Assembly (NCBI RefSeq): GCF_000150275.1
Contig: NW_002060981.1
Coordinates: 186,001 to 250,000 of the forward strand
Length of the DNA stretch: 64,000 nt
Origin: Trichoplax adhaerens
Taxonomy: Eukaryota > Animalia > Placozoa
Direction of reading: 5' to 3'
How positions within the stretch are numbered: position 1 is the stretch's first letter; each line of letters begins with the position of its first letter. This document shows, piece by piece, positions 13,097 to 27,010 of this stretch. The notes under the pieces are model-generated. The model made no database searches. It saw only the letters and a program-made list of their open reading frames with translations, and had not been told where the DNA came from. A program made the translations under genes and the position numbers.

Positions 13097-13657
13097 TGTA
13101 AAAGAACGTATTATTGTGATTGTAGACTATTAGCTATGTTTAGTATAATGTACGGTAGGGTCTTTTATATTTTTATCTTATAATATATTTAGTAGCCCAT
13201 AATTACAGACTGTAAGGATAAACTCTATGCTAGAGTACAGATGACTAAATAGAGTAAGATGTTGAGCTGCTAATAAGGTTAGAATTAGAAATAGAATTGT
13301 AAATCGTATATTAGGGTATGCTTAGTTCATTACACTTTGAGTGGAAGAAATAATGTCTAGGCAAATACTATAATCATTTCCATATTGGATTAATGATGGT
13401 TTCTGTGAAATATTGTAACTAATAATAACTTGAATATGTGTAAAATATGGTAGAATGCTGCTATACTGATTATAGTTGCGAAGGCTACGGAGACTATAAA
13501 AGCAGGAGACATTAGATTATCTGATTATTCTTTCTAGAAGTCGTTCAGTAGTTGTGTTCGGCTAGAGTAGAGCTGTGTGTAGCTAGTCCTTGTATTGGAT
13601 CTAATAAAGTTCTAATTTTCTATAACTTTGGGATTTTTGTGATCGGATTTTATCACA
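13097..13657 (+). mobile_element. Solo LTR, family A, copy 3 (older or diverged, 561 bp)
   Basis: TGTAA...ATCACA termini; exact TSD TGGCC (13092-13096 and 13658-13662); shared blocks such as CTCTATGCTAGAGTACAGATGACT, CCATATTGGATTAATGATGGT and TTCGGCTAGAGTAGAGCTGTGT. Confidence 0.85.
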
Positions 13658-16600
13658 TGGCCTAGAGAAAACAAAAATTTTAAATGCATTAGGAAAAGTT
13701 CGTATTTACTCTGATACTATGAGCATCACTTATTTGATAATAAAATAGATAGAATTTCGCTCTTAGAAGACAGCGCTGGGTTCCAGTTATGTTATTCTTC
13801 GTAACATAAGATAGAACTTTTGCATTATAGCTTGAATCAATCGATAAAGCTAATTGGAACAGTACTGCATAAGAGTATCGTATTACATCAGTATCCTTCA
13901 ATCTTTCGGGTTGTAATAGCAAATTTTTAATTTTCATTAGTATTTTTAATTTCAGCTAATGACAGTAGCAAATGTGTTAAGAGTGTAACAGCTACTTGAA
14001 ACAAGCACCACATGATGAAGAATAGTAGCTGTGCTTAGTAAAGTAAATGTAGATGATGGCTGTTATGATGAATCAGTGTGATTACGCTTTCCGTTCTATG
14101 TATTTTAAAGTCTATTGATGTTAGCTATATAAAGTTCTGTTATTGAGTAATATACTACTGCGATTATTAACTGCTGAGTCGAGTTGATTATGGTTCAGAA
14201 CTTGATATACCTACCAACAGTTAGCCACAACCACTTTATGTACATTTTAAAAACAGTGCTGCAAGCGTACTATTTGTTCGGTATCTACTATTTCCTTATC
14301 ACGTTCACTAGGTTGCATCCCTCTCTTGGAGCGGCAATATGATATGCTACTGGTGACTTTATTGCAAACTGTAAAACAGTCTCAGTTTGTTACTTTAAAT
14401 ATTCGATGGTAGGCAATATATGTATTAGTACAAGCTATAGAATTCGGGCTGGGAGCCACCGTTACTTGAAGCTATTTGTACTTTTATTGCTTTAACCATA
14501 CTGCACTAAGACTGTGGGATATGGACCTCTAGAAATAGGTATCGGCACTTGGCTAATTAATTTATATTTGATAATGATTTTAAGTATAAGCCAAAGCGAT
14601 AGACAAGCCTTTGTCTAATTGTTTGTTGCTTAAAAATTAGAATCTCTGGTTAAATAACATATTCATAACATGACTAATATGATTTTGATAGTAAACTCTA
14701 TAAAGCGCTAGCTTTTGTAGAATTTGATAATTTTAAATAAAATCAAACTCAATCCCATAGTCCAGTGTCAGTCATTTACTGATTTACTGTGTTCACATTC
14801 TGTGAAGTACTAATATTTGGAGCACACAGAATTTATACAATTTAAGGCTTAATCACAACAATGGCATGAATAAAACAAAATAAAATCCAGGATACTGCGC
14901 AAAAAGCTAGTAAACGATGCTGCAAACTATTAGAACCAGTACTTAGCATGCAGGAAAGATTTTTGATAGAATCAAATCTAGAAAACAAAAAAGGCTTTTA
15001 AAGCGATTGCATAAATTTTGATCATTAACGTCTAAGCTGAAAGTGAAATTTCTGTTTATCTCATTTTATAATTTGCTTTCATCATCTAATAAACTTGGCT
15101 AAAAAATTTATTAATCCTTACATACTTATATATTCGCTGTTTCTACCCATTTTGACTGTCAAATCTGTCGTAAATTTTGTTTAGTATTACTTAAAAAGTA
15201 CGCTTCTAATTAAGATCATGATATCAATTTTGGACATGGTTTGCAATGCCAATCACTGGTAGTATGTTTTCCTTTTTTCCCTTTAGATTTACTTTCTGTT
15301 AAATAGCAATGTTTACATAATTTGCTCTCAAAGACGGTACATAAATTGCATATTATGGCTAAGAGATGATTAATTTTAATTAAAAAGCTTACATTTAGGG
15401 ACAACTATGAAAAATTTTCTGGTGTTATTAGCGACTTTAGTCAATAATGATTGATATAAGCTGTGCATATTTACTAAATGCCGTTCAATAGTCTACATAA
15501 GTATTTCCTTTCAAGTTGCGGACGCTAATTATGCTCAACACCATTAAATGTATTCAATGAATACTTAAAGGTCCTAAATTCATCTAAGATTTTATTGCTA
15601 TTGCTACAATATTGCTTTTAAATAATGGGATCCTTGTTGTGGCTAGGCAAATTTCCTATTTGGAAGTGACTACTTTAACTTGAAGGAACTCAACAAATTT
15701 TTGATTGATTAGGGTATAAAATAGCTTTATTAACTTGATCAAAACGAGTACAGTATGTTAGTAAATAAAGTAAATTACTGCCAAATTATTGATCTACAGT
15801 TTCAGTTTTAATTTTGTGTTGTAAGATAACGCTAGAAAATCATATTAATTCCTATCTACGCATCTCAGTAATTTATTCTATTTCTTATTATTTAGAAATG
15901 ACCATTACGTTTAGCTAGGATTGTGGTATATTTGAAGATAATAAAATTTATTTGGTCTAATAATCTAAACTAGCTTGCAAATTTAAGTACTCTGAAAAAT
16001 CCTAGATTGATTACATTCAAAAAGGCTATTCTGGTACCGTATTGAAAGAACGAAGGCCATAGAAATTATTAGCTAAGGAAATGCTACAATTTTTTCGTGC
16101 CATATCTTTCTAAAATTCGACTAAAAATTGTGAATCATCAAATATGTAATAATATGGGCCATACCCTTTAGCCAATAGCTTTTAATCTACGGGATTATCG
16201 ATTTCTAAAACGAGCATACTTGAATATAACTTCTTGCGTAGAAAAAATCAATTCTACATTTAGTTGTCAATATTATTATTTTTGAGCAGGCTCATTAAAT
16301 ATTCGTATTTACGATAAAAAATAGACTTTATCTAATTAACGTAAGGCCTATGTTTACTGCAAATGTTTAAAAATAAAATTGAGCTTAATAATTAGCAGTT
16401 ATTTATAATAAAGACTTGCAATTAGTGATTGAATTTATAAAATAAGGTACTTTGCTGATAGCCAAATATTACTGTCGCTATCGTTTCATTTGCGTAGATT
16501 AATAGCGCTTTTCGACCTTATATTTAAAGTATTAAAATAGATTGGATGGAAGCTAATAGAGTTTATTTAAAGAAATTGTACAACTGATTAATACGAAAGA

Positions 16601-19600
16601 TTGTGTAAAGGAACCTTTGCTGGTAAAGGTAAATAAAGAAATTTCGATCATTACCTTATTGCATAATAATTGAGAACATACTAGAGTAAGATACTAAGAT
16701 AGTCTGCACATTCAGATCTGTTGATAAAGATGTTGAATTTGCCTCTGAACTAAATTTGTTGAATTGAGATAATTTTGAAATCAGCCCGCAAATTATAATT
16801 AACTGGAGAAAATATACGTTAACTGATTATCTGTACGGTCACCACAGGAGTAGAAATCAAATACATTTACTCTCGGGATATTTTATACTTTAAGGCTTTA
16901 TGGCCAAAGTATTTACTCGTAGGTAAGCAAAATATATAAGCAAGGAGCTAATACAGATATGGATCTGTATAATCATATTATTGTTATTTACATCGTTAAA
17001 TTACATTAAGAACTTTAAAACATGATACAATAAACATCGTTTCATAATTTATCTTTACATGAAATATGTTTGCTGAAAATTTGTCTTGTGAATATTATAA
17101 TAAAGTTAAATACAGGATTTATAGACCTAATAAATATTATTATTTATTACTATTCCTCCGAAGATTAGTTAAATTCTTTACAGTTATAAATATTTTTGGG
17201 GGGCTCTCATTGTCATATTAAGCTATTTACAAATACTGTCCATGAAACTGCTCATCATTATGACTCTTAATTCGTTTAATCGTCTCGGAGTAGAGTTTGC
17301 CAGGCTTAATGTTGATAGTTATTATTATTTCTACTGTCCTTGTCATGCAAATAAATATTGCACAGTTGTAAGAGCGATCTAATTGATTGCTTAAATCGCT
17401 ATCGAAAAATTGTGACTTACTTGATTAGTTTACACTAGATTAACAACCTGAACAGAAATTAATTTTCAAGTTTAGCTATAGTTAGTATTTCCAGTGAATG
17501 GGGCTTAAATTTTTCGCCTCAAACTAAAGCAACTGCTGCAAGCTTTGATGATAGTAACTCAAACTATTCACTAAAAGCGGTAAAAGATTTTGATTAGCAA
17601 ACAGGATATCTTCAATATAATAATTTGACAAAGGTCACAATTGGTAGGTATTGCAATCAAAGCAGATTAACTTATCTTCAAGTTTTCGCGTTCATTTTAT
17701 TTCTACTGTTTAATTAGGAATACTTCTTTTCAGACAATGTTTAATAACGCAAAATCTCAATGGCTTGATGTACCAAGTCCTATCTTAATTATTTATGATT
17801 GAAATTAAGTATTTAAAAATATGACGGGTTTAGTATAAGGCATCGAATTGACTATATTAAACATTTAAAAGAATTAAAAAATTTTAAAATCATTGTTAAG
17901 GCTAGAAAAGCGATGTTACTAATACACTCATAAATCTTGAATTTAAGCTACTGTCTAATCCTACGCTAATTTACAGGGTCAGACATCTTAGCTTGTAAAC
18001 AATTTTATATGGATAAAAAGTTAAACAAGTGATAACTTCAGCATTCTTTATTCTACATTTATGAATAGTTCGTTGATCTTTAAACTTAAATTTGAAAAAG
18101 GGATAACTAGTCCACATACAGTTATTTTTAAATATTTAAACTATCTATCACTAATAGCCTCAAATAGACCTTAATATCCTGGTATTTAATTGTACCATAT
18201 CTAAGGTCCCAAAGGTTTTGTAAATATTGATAGAGCATGTAAATAAATCTTTCTTAAATTAATATAAAACAGTTCTCGGAATTTCGAGATTGTGGAGCAA
18301 CTTAACGAAAATGCCCCAAATATGGATATGTAATACTCTATAAAGGTTGAAAATGCTACCTTGAAAGATTATCTAGCAAAGCTGTGATTACGACAAGATT
18401 TTTATAAAGGTTTTTTTAAATCGAAGGGAAATGTACGTAAATAGCATCTTCCTTCACTATTAGTATAATACGTAATGAGTCTTAGAAAAGAAATCTTTAC
18501 AAAGACGACTTTATATCTTAACTTTAATTATTTGTAAATGATTCACTATTTACTATCAAAGACGCTTTCATAATATTAATAATTTATGATTCTTATAATG
18601 GCTATTTATCGGTAGATATTAGAAAGCTTAGATTATGCTAATCAGCTGGCTGATCGATGTGAATTTGAAAAAGTTTAACCAGTCCTAATATATTGTGAGA
18701 GGGTTATAAATATTAATGGTTACTCCTTATGGACTAGTAATCAGAACGCTTCTATAATCAATAACGATGACAAAAATACGTTTTCTTGGACCAAAATATC
18801 TATAAATGAAGATCACATAATATGCAGATTGTAATTCATTTCTGGTGACCATGATCAAGTTGCGCGCCGATTAATTTTCATTCTATCGTTATTTTAGACT
18901 TTTTACATATTTTAGGATTTACTGATTAACTATTAATAGCAGTTCCAGCTATGATAAATAGTTAAATAAGTTATCAAAACTGAACTTTAGACTCAGCTAG
19001 AGAATAAATATAGATTAATTTTGCTTTGAAGTATTCTCGAAACAATCTATATAAACGATTATGTGTAAGCATTTGGGAATGATTTTTCGATCATGGGCCA
19101 ATATGCTTTGAATTTATTTTAACTAGGAAGCCATTTAACAGGACTTATCAGGTAATAATCAACTAAATTAACAAAATATTTATTTACCACCGCCAATTCT
19201 CCCTATCATAATGGTGAAATAGATTTGGAAATAAAAATATGGACTGCATAATCTTATTAATTAAATATAATCTACCGCTATGTGACATCAGAAATTTTTT
19301 AGAAAATATTAATTTAAATTAGTTATAAGTTGGGAGAGACTATTATGGTAGTTATGTCGTTTTAGTTAAAATAATTAATGGTAACATTACTTCAAATTTT
19401 ATTGGAAATGAATAGATTATTCAGTCTACTTCTTAATTTATTTTGTTATATTATTACTTATCTGTAAGATAATAGTTATAATATCAAATAACAAACTTAT
19501 CTAAGGTTATTTGTTACAGATATCGAATCACGCCAGAAGTTCAAGTTCAAGTTAGGGCGTTTATAATCTTGCCGTAGACTAGACGCAAAATCAATTAATT

Positions 19601-21937
19601 AATTAATAAGTGTTAGTGAAAAGGATAAAATAGGGATTAAAATGTCTTTATTATGATTGATCATTGAGTAAGTGTAAATTTCTTTAATACAATGTCCGTA
19701 GCCATTAAGGCATATTTCTTTATCAATATGAGCAAAATATATATTTATAATGACACTGTTAAAACAACTGATTCAGTTTCACTTTATTCTACGGATCAAT
19801 TATTTGTTATATGTATAATACTACTATTACCGAAAATATCATTCAACCCAAGTTAATAAACAATTTATAAATCAATCAGGAATCCAGCTCAAAACGGGAA
19901 GTGTCTAGAATTGCCTATGCTGTTCTCGCGAATAGCTAGAATACTTCCACTGTTAAATGATGGCATAATAAAATAATGTCTGTTCGTTATAGAGGCACTA
20001 CTGTTTAAGAATTGTCCGGTACTGCTACATTTTGATTTTATTAAAAGTTATAGTAACGGAATGAACGATAATCTCTAGAATTGGATTCATAAGTTGACAT
20101 AGAGAAGGCATTTATGCGACAATAGGCATTAATAACCGTAGATGATTACAGCATATGATTGAATTTTATAACATATTCAAAATGTTAACATATAATCAAT
20201 AGTGTTTATACTGCACTATTAGATGAAATTGCCGTGGTATCATTTTTAGGCCTAATTAATAATTGCTACTAAGATGATTTAAGTGATCGCGTAAATAGTT
20301 ATAAAACTATGACTAGACAGAGTTTGTTTACAGCTTATGGAATCATTTATAACATACGTTCAGAAGGAGATTTAAAGCTAGTAAAATTTACTCTCAAAAG
20401 TAATTCAAGATAGCGGCAATTTAGTTCTAAATTCATTTTTATTTGAATCTTTCAATATTTTGGAGGCGTTTTCTGTAAATTTGTACTGAGTACTTTATAT
20501 CATATCCACCTTGATAGCTTATAGAAAATGTGCCAATATTTTTTATGAAATAGAATAGCTGTTATTATAAGATCAATTAATTCCATAATAATAATATGTA
20601 AGATTCACAAAGTATTAAAAAGACAGAAGAACAAAGTTCGTAAGCCATTATTGTACCTTCTACTGACGTTATGGCTAATTAACGTCTTTCATCCTACTAT
20701 CCAATTAGTTTGGATGCCACTAATTATTAATAATAGCTAATGGCCATATCCAATAGATTTATAGATCAATTGCCTGTTTTGACTATTTCTTAGAATAATA
20801 GTTATCAATGTTTGGCTATTTGATGGTACACACGTGCAAAGTCTGTTTGATCAAAATCAGCGGTAATTATTATTTAGATAGAAAATTGTTTTTAGCATAT
20901 TTATATTTCCTTTGAAAGTAATTCTTTTCCTTATCTTTACAAAGTCATTGATAAAATAACTGTATGTGTACCATGTTATGATTGTACAAAGAATAATTGA
21001 TGATAAAACTAGAAAAAATAGATCGGTTATGAGGTACTTTAGCATTTCAGATGAAATAGACCTGATTCCAAACTGACATTGTTTCCGTAGAATTTAAAAA
21101 TAAAAATTGTAATCATTGCTCTATAGTTTGATAGATTAATAATAAATAAAGGGATACAACATAAAGCAAGATGCCATAACTTGCTGCTATTATCTTTTTA
21201 TAACAACTGAATAGGTCCGAACTAGGTAGTATATCTTGTAGAAGAGTTGATAATTTTAATTTTACCTATTTGTATTACGCTGTTATAACTGATTCGTGTT
21301 AACGTCTGCTAACTAATCTAAGAGAAACTTTAAAATTGCATTCAGCTGTAAATTATTCATCGTGACTACCCTCCTTTTCTATCTGGGACATATAATACTT
21401 AAAATAAAATTCTTGATCTCTAATCGTTGTAGCCATCATTATTGTTTTGTCTTTATTTATTATCATTATTAAACAATAGGCATGGCATACAAGCAAAAAT
21501 TGACATGTTATCAATAGAATTTATTTCCTGATCAAAAAATCTGTTCATCCAATCATTTTTCGAAAATCCAACTTCGTAGCTACTAATTAACATCATTGAT
21601 TACTTTTATCATAAGAATGTGGCTTTTCACTCGAATACTAATTTGGTCAAGGTAATACAAGTCGTATAATTTTATAAATTAACTGTCCTTATCCGATATT
21701 GTTTATATTCTTCAGTAAAGGCAGTAGCAAGAGCAGTGGCGAAATTTTAAATTGGAATAATCTACATCTTTTCTGTTATTGGACTTGATTTATTTTACAA
21801 TTTTTCTTCGGCACAAACTATCTACAGTTGTAATTGATAAAAGAAGAATTTATTAACCGTCCTTCAACAATACCAAGCTATCACTGTGCGATTGATAAAT
21901 TTTAGGAAAAGATCGCTGAGTTACAGCTATTAACGTC

Positions 21938-23020
21938 ATGGGCAGTTTAGTAATCTTTTGGAGCATCAATCTAGGCATAACAATCGCAACCAATTTATCA
22001 TTGCTGATATTTATGCTAAATAAACGTAAGCTTCATACGGCTTCGAACGTGATTTTAATAAGCATTTTAATAACAGGGTTACTATTTGGGATTGTTTATA
22101 TCCTACCAAGATTTATAATTGGAACAACTTACTCTATTCTTTTCGTATGTAAGCTCTTTGGTTACCTTGGTGCGCTATTTACTGTGAATATAAATCTACA
22201 TGTTTGTGCTATTAGTTTTGATCGTTTTTTTGCCGTAGTATTTCCTTTTCGGTATCGCCAAATAGCATCGAAACGTGCTTCGGTACTGTTGTGCGTTATC
22301 ATTTGGTTTATTTCCTTTTTAATCTGTGCAATACCTCTGATCACCTTTGATCGAGATACAAAAATATGTCTAGGTGCTTCACGTATTATTAACGAAACAA
22401 ATACGTCTATGCCTACAAATCTGTCGACTACTTTAACTACGACTGCTTCTGTGCTTCCAAGCACTATTCAATCAAATCTAACAACAACAGTATCTGTGAC
22501 TCCAGGAACTTTATCGCCTACCCAGCTATTCATTTTAAGTTGGAGGATCTATTTGTTATTTATATTTTTTGTTCTATTCTTATTTCCATTAGCGGTACTG
22601 ATCATGACTTACGGAACAATGCTATTTGTGGTCTTTACTCATGCCAAAAAAGTACATTCATTAACTGTAGCCACAACCGAAACTAATAAACCGAAATCGT
22701 TAATTATTCAAAACAGAAAAGCCTTATTGCAAGTTGCATTAATTATAGGCGCTTTTTTGATATTTTTTTTGCCTTATGTCATGGCCACAGTAGTATTTCT
22801 AATTAATGATTTAAAATTTGCCAGTGAAGGGGTGTATACTTATAGTAATATTACACAATTGATTGCATTTTCATATCCAGCTGTAAATCCACTTTTATAC
22901 GCTTATTATAACAAGGACATAAGCCACGAAATTACTAAAAGTTTTAAAAGCAAATCGGCTAGCAATATACTTAATACTGACAGGACACCGGTAACTAATG
23001 AGAAAACAACAACTGCATGA
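21938..23020 (+). CDS. Intronless rhodopsin-family (class A) GPCR, orphan, 360 aa
   Basis: Seven hydrophobic segments; TM1 Asn, TM3 Cys, SFDRF (DRY variant), PFRY, TM4 Trp, ECL2 Cys, TM5 FLFP, TM6 FFLPY, TM7 NPLLY. Confidence 0.95.
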   Translation: MGSLVIFWSINLGITIATNLSLLIFMLNKRKLHTASNVILISILITGLLFGIVYILPRFIIGTTYSILFVCKLFGYLGALFTVNINLHVCAISFDRFFAVVFPFRYRQIASKRASVLLCVIIWFISFLICAIPLITFDRDTKICLGASRIINETNTSMPTNLSTTLTTTASVLPSTIQSNLTTTVSVTPGTLSPTQLFILSWRIYLLFIFFVLFLFPLAVLIMTYGTMLFVVFTHAKKVHSLTVATTETNKPKSLIIQNRKALLQVALIIGAFLIFFLPYVMATVVFLINDLKFASEGVYTYSNITQLIAFSYPAVNPLLYAYYNKDISHEITKSFKSKSASNILNTDRTPVTNEKTTTA

Positions 23021-26000
23021 TGGCCGATCTAAATTTCTATCAGATTTATCCAGTGTGATAATTATATAAAATTAACGATACTACGATTGAAAAAGCAATT
23101 TCAATCATTGCTACATTTCTGTAAGCAGACGCTCACTTCGTTCTCGCTGAAACTAGCACCTGGTAAAGCACCTAGCGATATGTTAGACATACTTATTGTA
23201 TTACTGTTATCTATCCGTGCTGTTTCGAATTATATTTCATTTCGTGAAATTTATTTGCCTAACCTATCTGGGAATTGTATGGCTATGCTAGATAAGATAG
23301 ACTTTCCGACGTTAATTTAGTATAAATAATTATTGCGTCAATCTTAGGTGCAGGCCACTTTGCTAGATTGTGAAATAAGTGGTATTTATTAGTTTCTATT
23401 TGCCGAAAGTGATATCTACGTGTGCAATGTCTTGATTGTGCTTAATAATTAGTGGAGAATTATCAATCACAGCGATTTGTCATTTTAGTATTTGCATTGA
23501 AGATGTTGCTCTATGTATATTGCCGATCAAGCATTTCAATTACCGGAGCACGAAAAGATTCTACGACGTCAGGAATAAAATTCTGAAAGTCTTATTTACT
23601 TTGAATTGACTTAAAATTTGTATTTATTGTCTCCTTTTTGAATTCACTAATTACGTTGCTATGATAATATATTACGTTAAATTTGGTAGCGATTCAACTG
23701 CTATCGACGAGAACTATATATTGCTTATATTATACAGATTCCAATTTTAATTTATTTTCTAGTACATTAAAACTACATTAATCTAAATTTACCGTTATAA
23801 ACATATTAGCTCCGTTAATATATATTACTAGACTAAACGGATTATTTATCCCTATTTTTAAGATATGTCAGCATTACTATACTTGCCAATCTGAATTAAT
23901 TATCATAGTTAAAAGTAACTAGAGCTAGTAAATCACATCAAGGCTTTGACGCTTACAGGATACCGTAATTAGACTCAATAGTATAAGATTCAAACATAGA
24001 CAAAATAAATTTATAACGTGGAAATATAAAATTAATATAATTATATACTCTTTATAATGGTTAATTGTATTGCTGTTCTAACTATTACTACAATTTGTCG
24101 GGCTAATAACATCTAGATGTTTAGCTCATTGTAGTTCTCTTTTACAGATCTGCCGCGGTAAGTTTTAGTTACATACTTGTGATGTCGTTCAACTTTTAGG
24201 TTTCGCTAATAATTTAATACGTCTAATAATAATATTTTACTAAAATTGTTAATTGCTTCAGCTTGTATTTCACACATATTAACATCTATCAATGATAAAT
24301 ATTTTGTAATTCAATACGTTTCACAATAATTATGTCCCTTGTGTCTACATTTGTAACTTTAGACGGCCAATTTAATATTTCGGGCCTGTATTAACTATCT
24401 CAAAAACTGACTGTTATGGAGCTTAGTGTTTGCCTTATTTCCTTTCAGTGTTTATATGATTCTTTAAGTTAATAATAAAATTCACTTTTATATAGTTGTC
24501 AATTGTTATAGGCTTTTTATTTTTTGTAGACTTGTTTATACCAAAGAATATTAAGAAACTTGTAGGATAAGTTTTTGAATTTATCAAGCTATAAGTGTTG
24601 AAATAAGTCGAGTGAGCTTGAATTATAAAATTGATACTATCTACTATACGTTATATCATAATCAAATGTACTAATATGCCACGGTATTATAATCTCAGGA
24701 GTATGCGATAATTGCTAACGGAGTCTAGGGAAAAAGAATTGCGATAACCATTTTTAGCTAATACATGGTATATTGTATTAATCAATCTGGTACGCATCGT
24801 TTATCAGGCGTTGAACTATTCTAGAAGCATTTGAAGTAAAACATCTAACTGTTAACTCACTATTTTTTAATTTACTGTACTGTAACATCTTAACAGAAAT
24901 ATTTTCTAGTATAGAAATGTATTAGCATTTCTTATTTTCAGTTAGGCAGTTCTACTTGTATGATTTTTAAGTCTTTTAAATTGTGATTCATGACATACGA
25001 GGTATACGTCAGTTTGGCTAAAAAAGCTTTATTAATATCTTGCTAGTTCACTCTAGTTGAAGTTGTTGTTAGACACTTAACATAATACAACGTGTCATTT
25101 TGGCGGATGATGTCAATTTTTGAAATTTAGCCTATGCCGTCTTGCACAAACTGAAAGATTACCGGGAAAGGATGAGTACACCATGATTGCAATGGGGGGG
25201 GGGTAATTATCACGAAGTTACTTTTGCTCACTGTTATAGCTGATCCCAATTTTCGTCAGATAGCGTATTTTGGTATTTATTGAGAATATATGATTATCTA
25301 TGACGTTATACATACTTTTATAGATAAATGTATGGTTTTATTAACACGTATTTGTCTATGAACTGTTAATTGTTGTTGACTGTATGTTGATTTACTATAA
25401 ACTGGCTGATTTTTCGATAAGGTTTGAATTTAGTTTGTCGCTAGAGAGCCTAATGACATTACCGTTCTTGTTTGTTTAATAATGGAAGAATGTCAGTATT
25501 TCGAGCTGCACTGTAGTAGGAGAGATGGCGAGGATAAACCTGACAGTAGATTGATAATAACGTTGTATTTCTAGTAGTTGTTTCCATTTTTCTCGTTATA
25601 AATTTAGATTTGTAACAATGTTGATGATCTGTCCATTGATTAAGAAATGATTGCAATAAAAATGACTTTGAACCGGTGCACCAATCGGATTTATTTTATC
25701 CATAGTAATGCTTACTAATCATTAATATGATTGACACGGTTGCTGCACTAGCTCAACTGTAATAATTTGATTGGAATTCTACGACATAACAGCTGTTTCT
25801 TTGGTGCGCTATTTTATTTTATTTACTGCTAAATTATTTTTAATTCGATGTAAGATGAATCCATAAGTAAATAAATGAACCATTTCACTGATATTGGTGT
25901 AACAAAAGTTTCACATCTGACGGCCGGGCTCCTAAATTAGTCATGGACTACTAGATCTATCAACGATGGCACACAGATACTGACAGAGTTGCAGTCGTTG

Positions 26001-26799
26001 TCTTACAGGTACAGTACTGAAATCTCTAGTCCTATCAGCATCGTTCCAAGTGTACAGTACATACAGGCGATAATTAATTCTTAATTCTTATTACGTGACA
26101 GAGATAATTCTATTCATCTATACTGTACAGTATAATTAATTCATTTATTTATTTTATTTATTTATTCCAAATTATCGTGGTGATCTGAAGGAAAAAAGTT
26201 GACATTAAGGCTAATCAAAATCAGTATCCGGAAAATACGTTATAAAACATATATCAAGCATAGAGGTATCGAGCCAATCGAACTCCTTCAATGACACTGA
26301 TATATGACCGAAAACGAATAAGTCTGTCGCTACGCTTAAGGCAAGGACTACAGTTTGAAATCATCATGGTCTGGTGTCTACATAACTGGATATATCAACA
26401 CTGCCAGTACCGTGAGGATACTCGGTGCATTCCTATTTCATAGCATACCAGTCTTGATCTACTGTATGTCACTATCATTGTATATGCATCTGCGAGGTCA
26501 AATTTCTCTGATGACCTATTTCTATCCTAGTAACAACACTTGTTCGCGTGTATTGGTGATTCTCTAAGAAATATCCTTCTATCCTCATGAATCTACTGGC
26601 GTCTTTACGACCTCAACTACCATAATATAGCATTATAATGGACAGTACAACGTCTGCAGCACTGCCTTTTCCTTGATCGTAAACTCAGTGATTGATGGAT
26701 TCAGACTCGTCTTGAAACTCTGAAAAGTAGCAGAAATTTCATTTCGGTTATTTTACACGAGAACCACATAGACAGAGGCCAGTAATACCAGAACTGGTC

Positions 26800-27010
26800 T
26801 ACAGTATACTGTACTGTAATTTACAGTATGTACATGTACAGTACAGTACACTGCACTGTAAATCACATGACAGATACTAGAATGTACAGTATGGCGGATT
26901 ACTGTACAGTACTGTAGTGTACAGTACTTTAGAACCGGTAATTTACAGTACTGGAGACTGCTATACTGTACTGTACACTGTACACTGTACACTCAGGGTA
27001 CAGTACAGTG
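26800..27010. repeat. TACAG/CTGTA low-complexity self-complementary array upstream of ABHD13
   Basis: Mixed 5-mer (TACTG/TACAG) and 7-mer (TACACTG) units with ACAGTACTGT palindromes, ending about 450 bp before the ABHD13 ATG. Confidence 0.85.

Noticed and set aside
13658-13670. TGG after LTR copy 3 as a primer-binding site
   Set aside because: It is explained by the TSD TGGCC, which also occurs on the left flank, and no internal retroelement sequence follows.
22162-22464. 100-aa antisense ORF
   Set aside because: Shadow frame of the GPCR with no independent features.
26753-26992. Cys/Thr/Val/Gln/Tyr-rich ORFs here and at 54415-54770 and 54988-55170
   Set aside because: Translation artefacts of the TACAG/CTGTA arrays.
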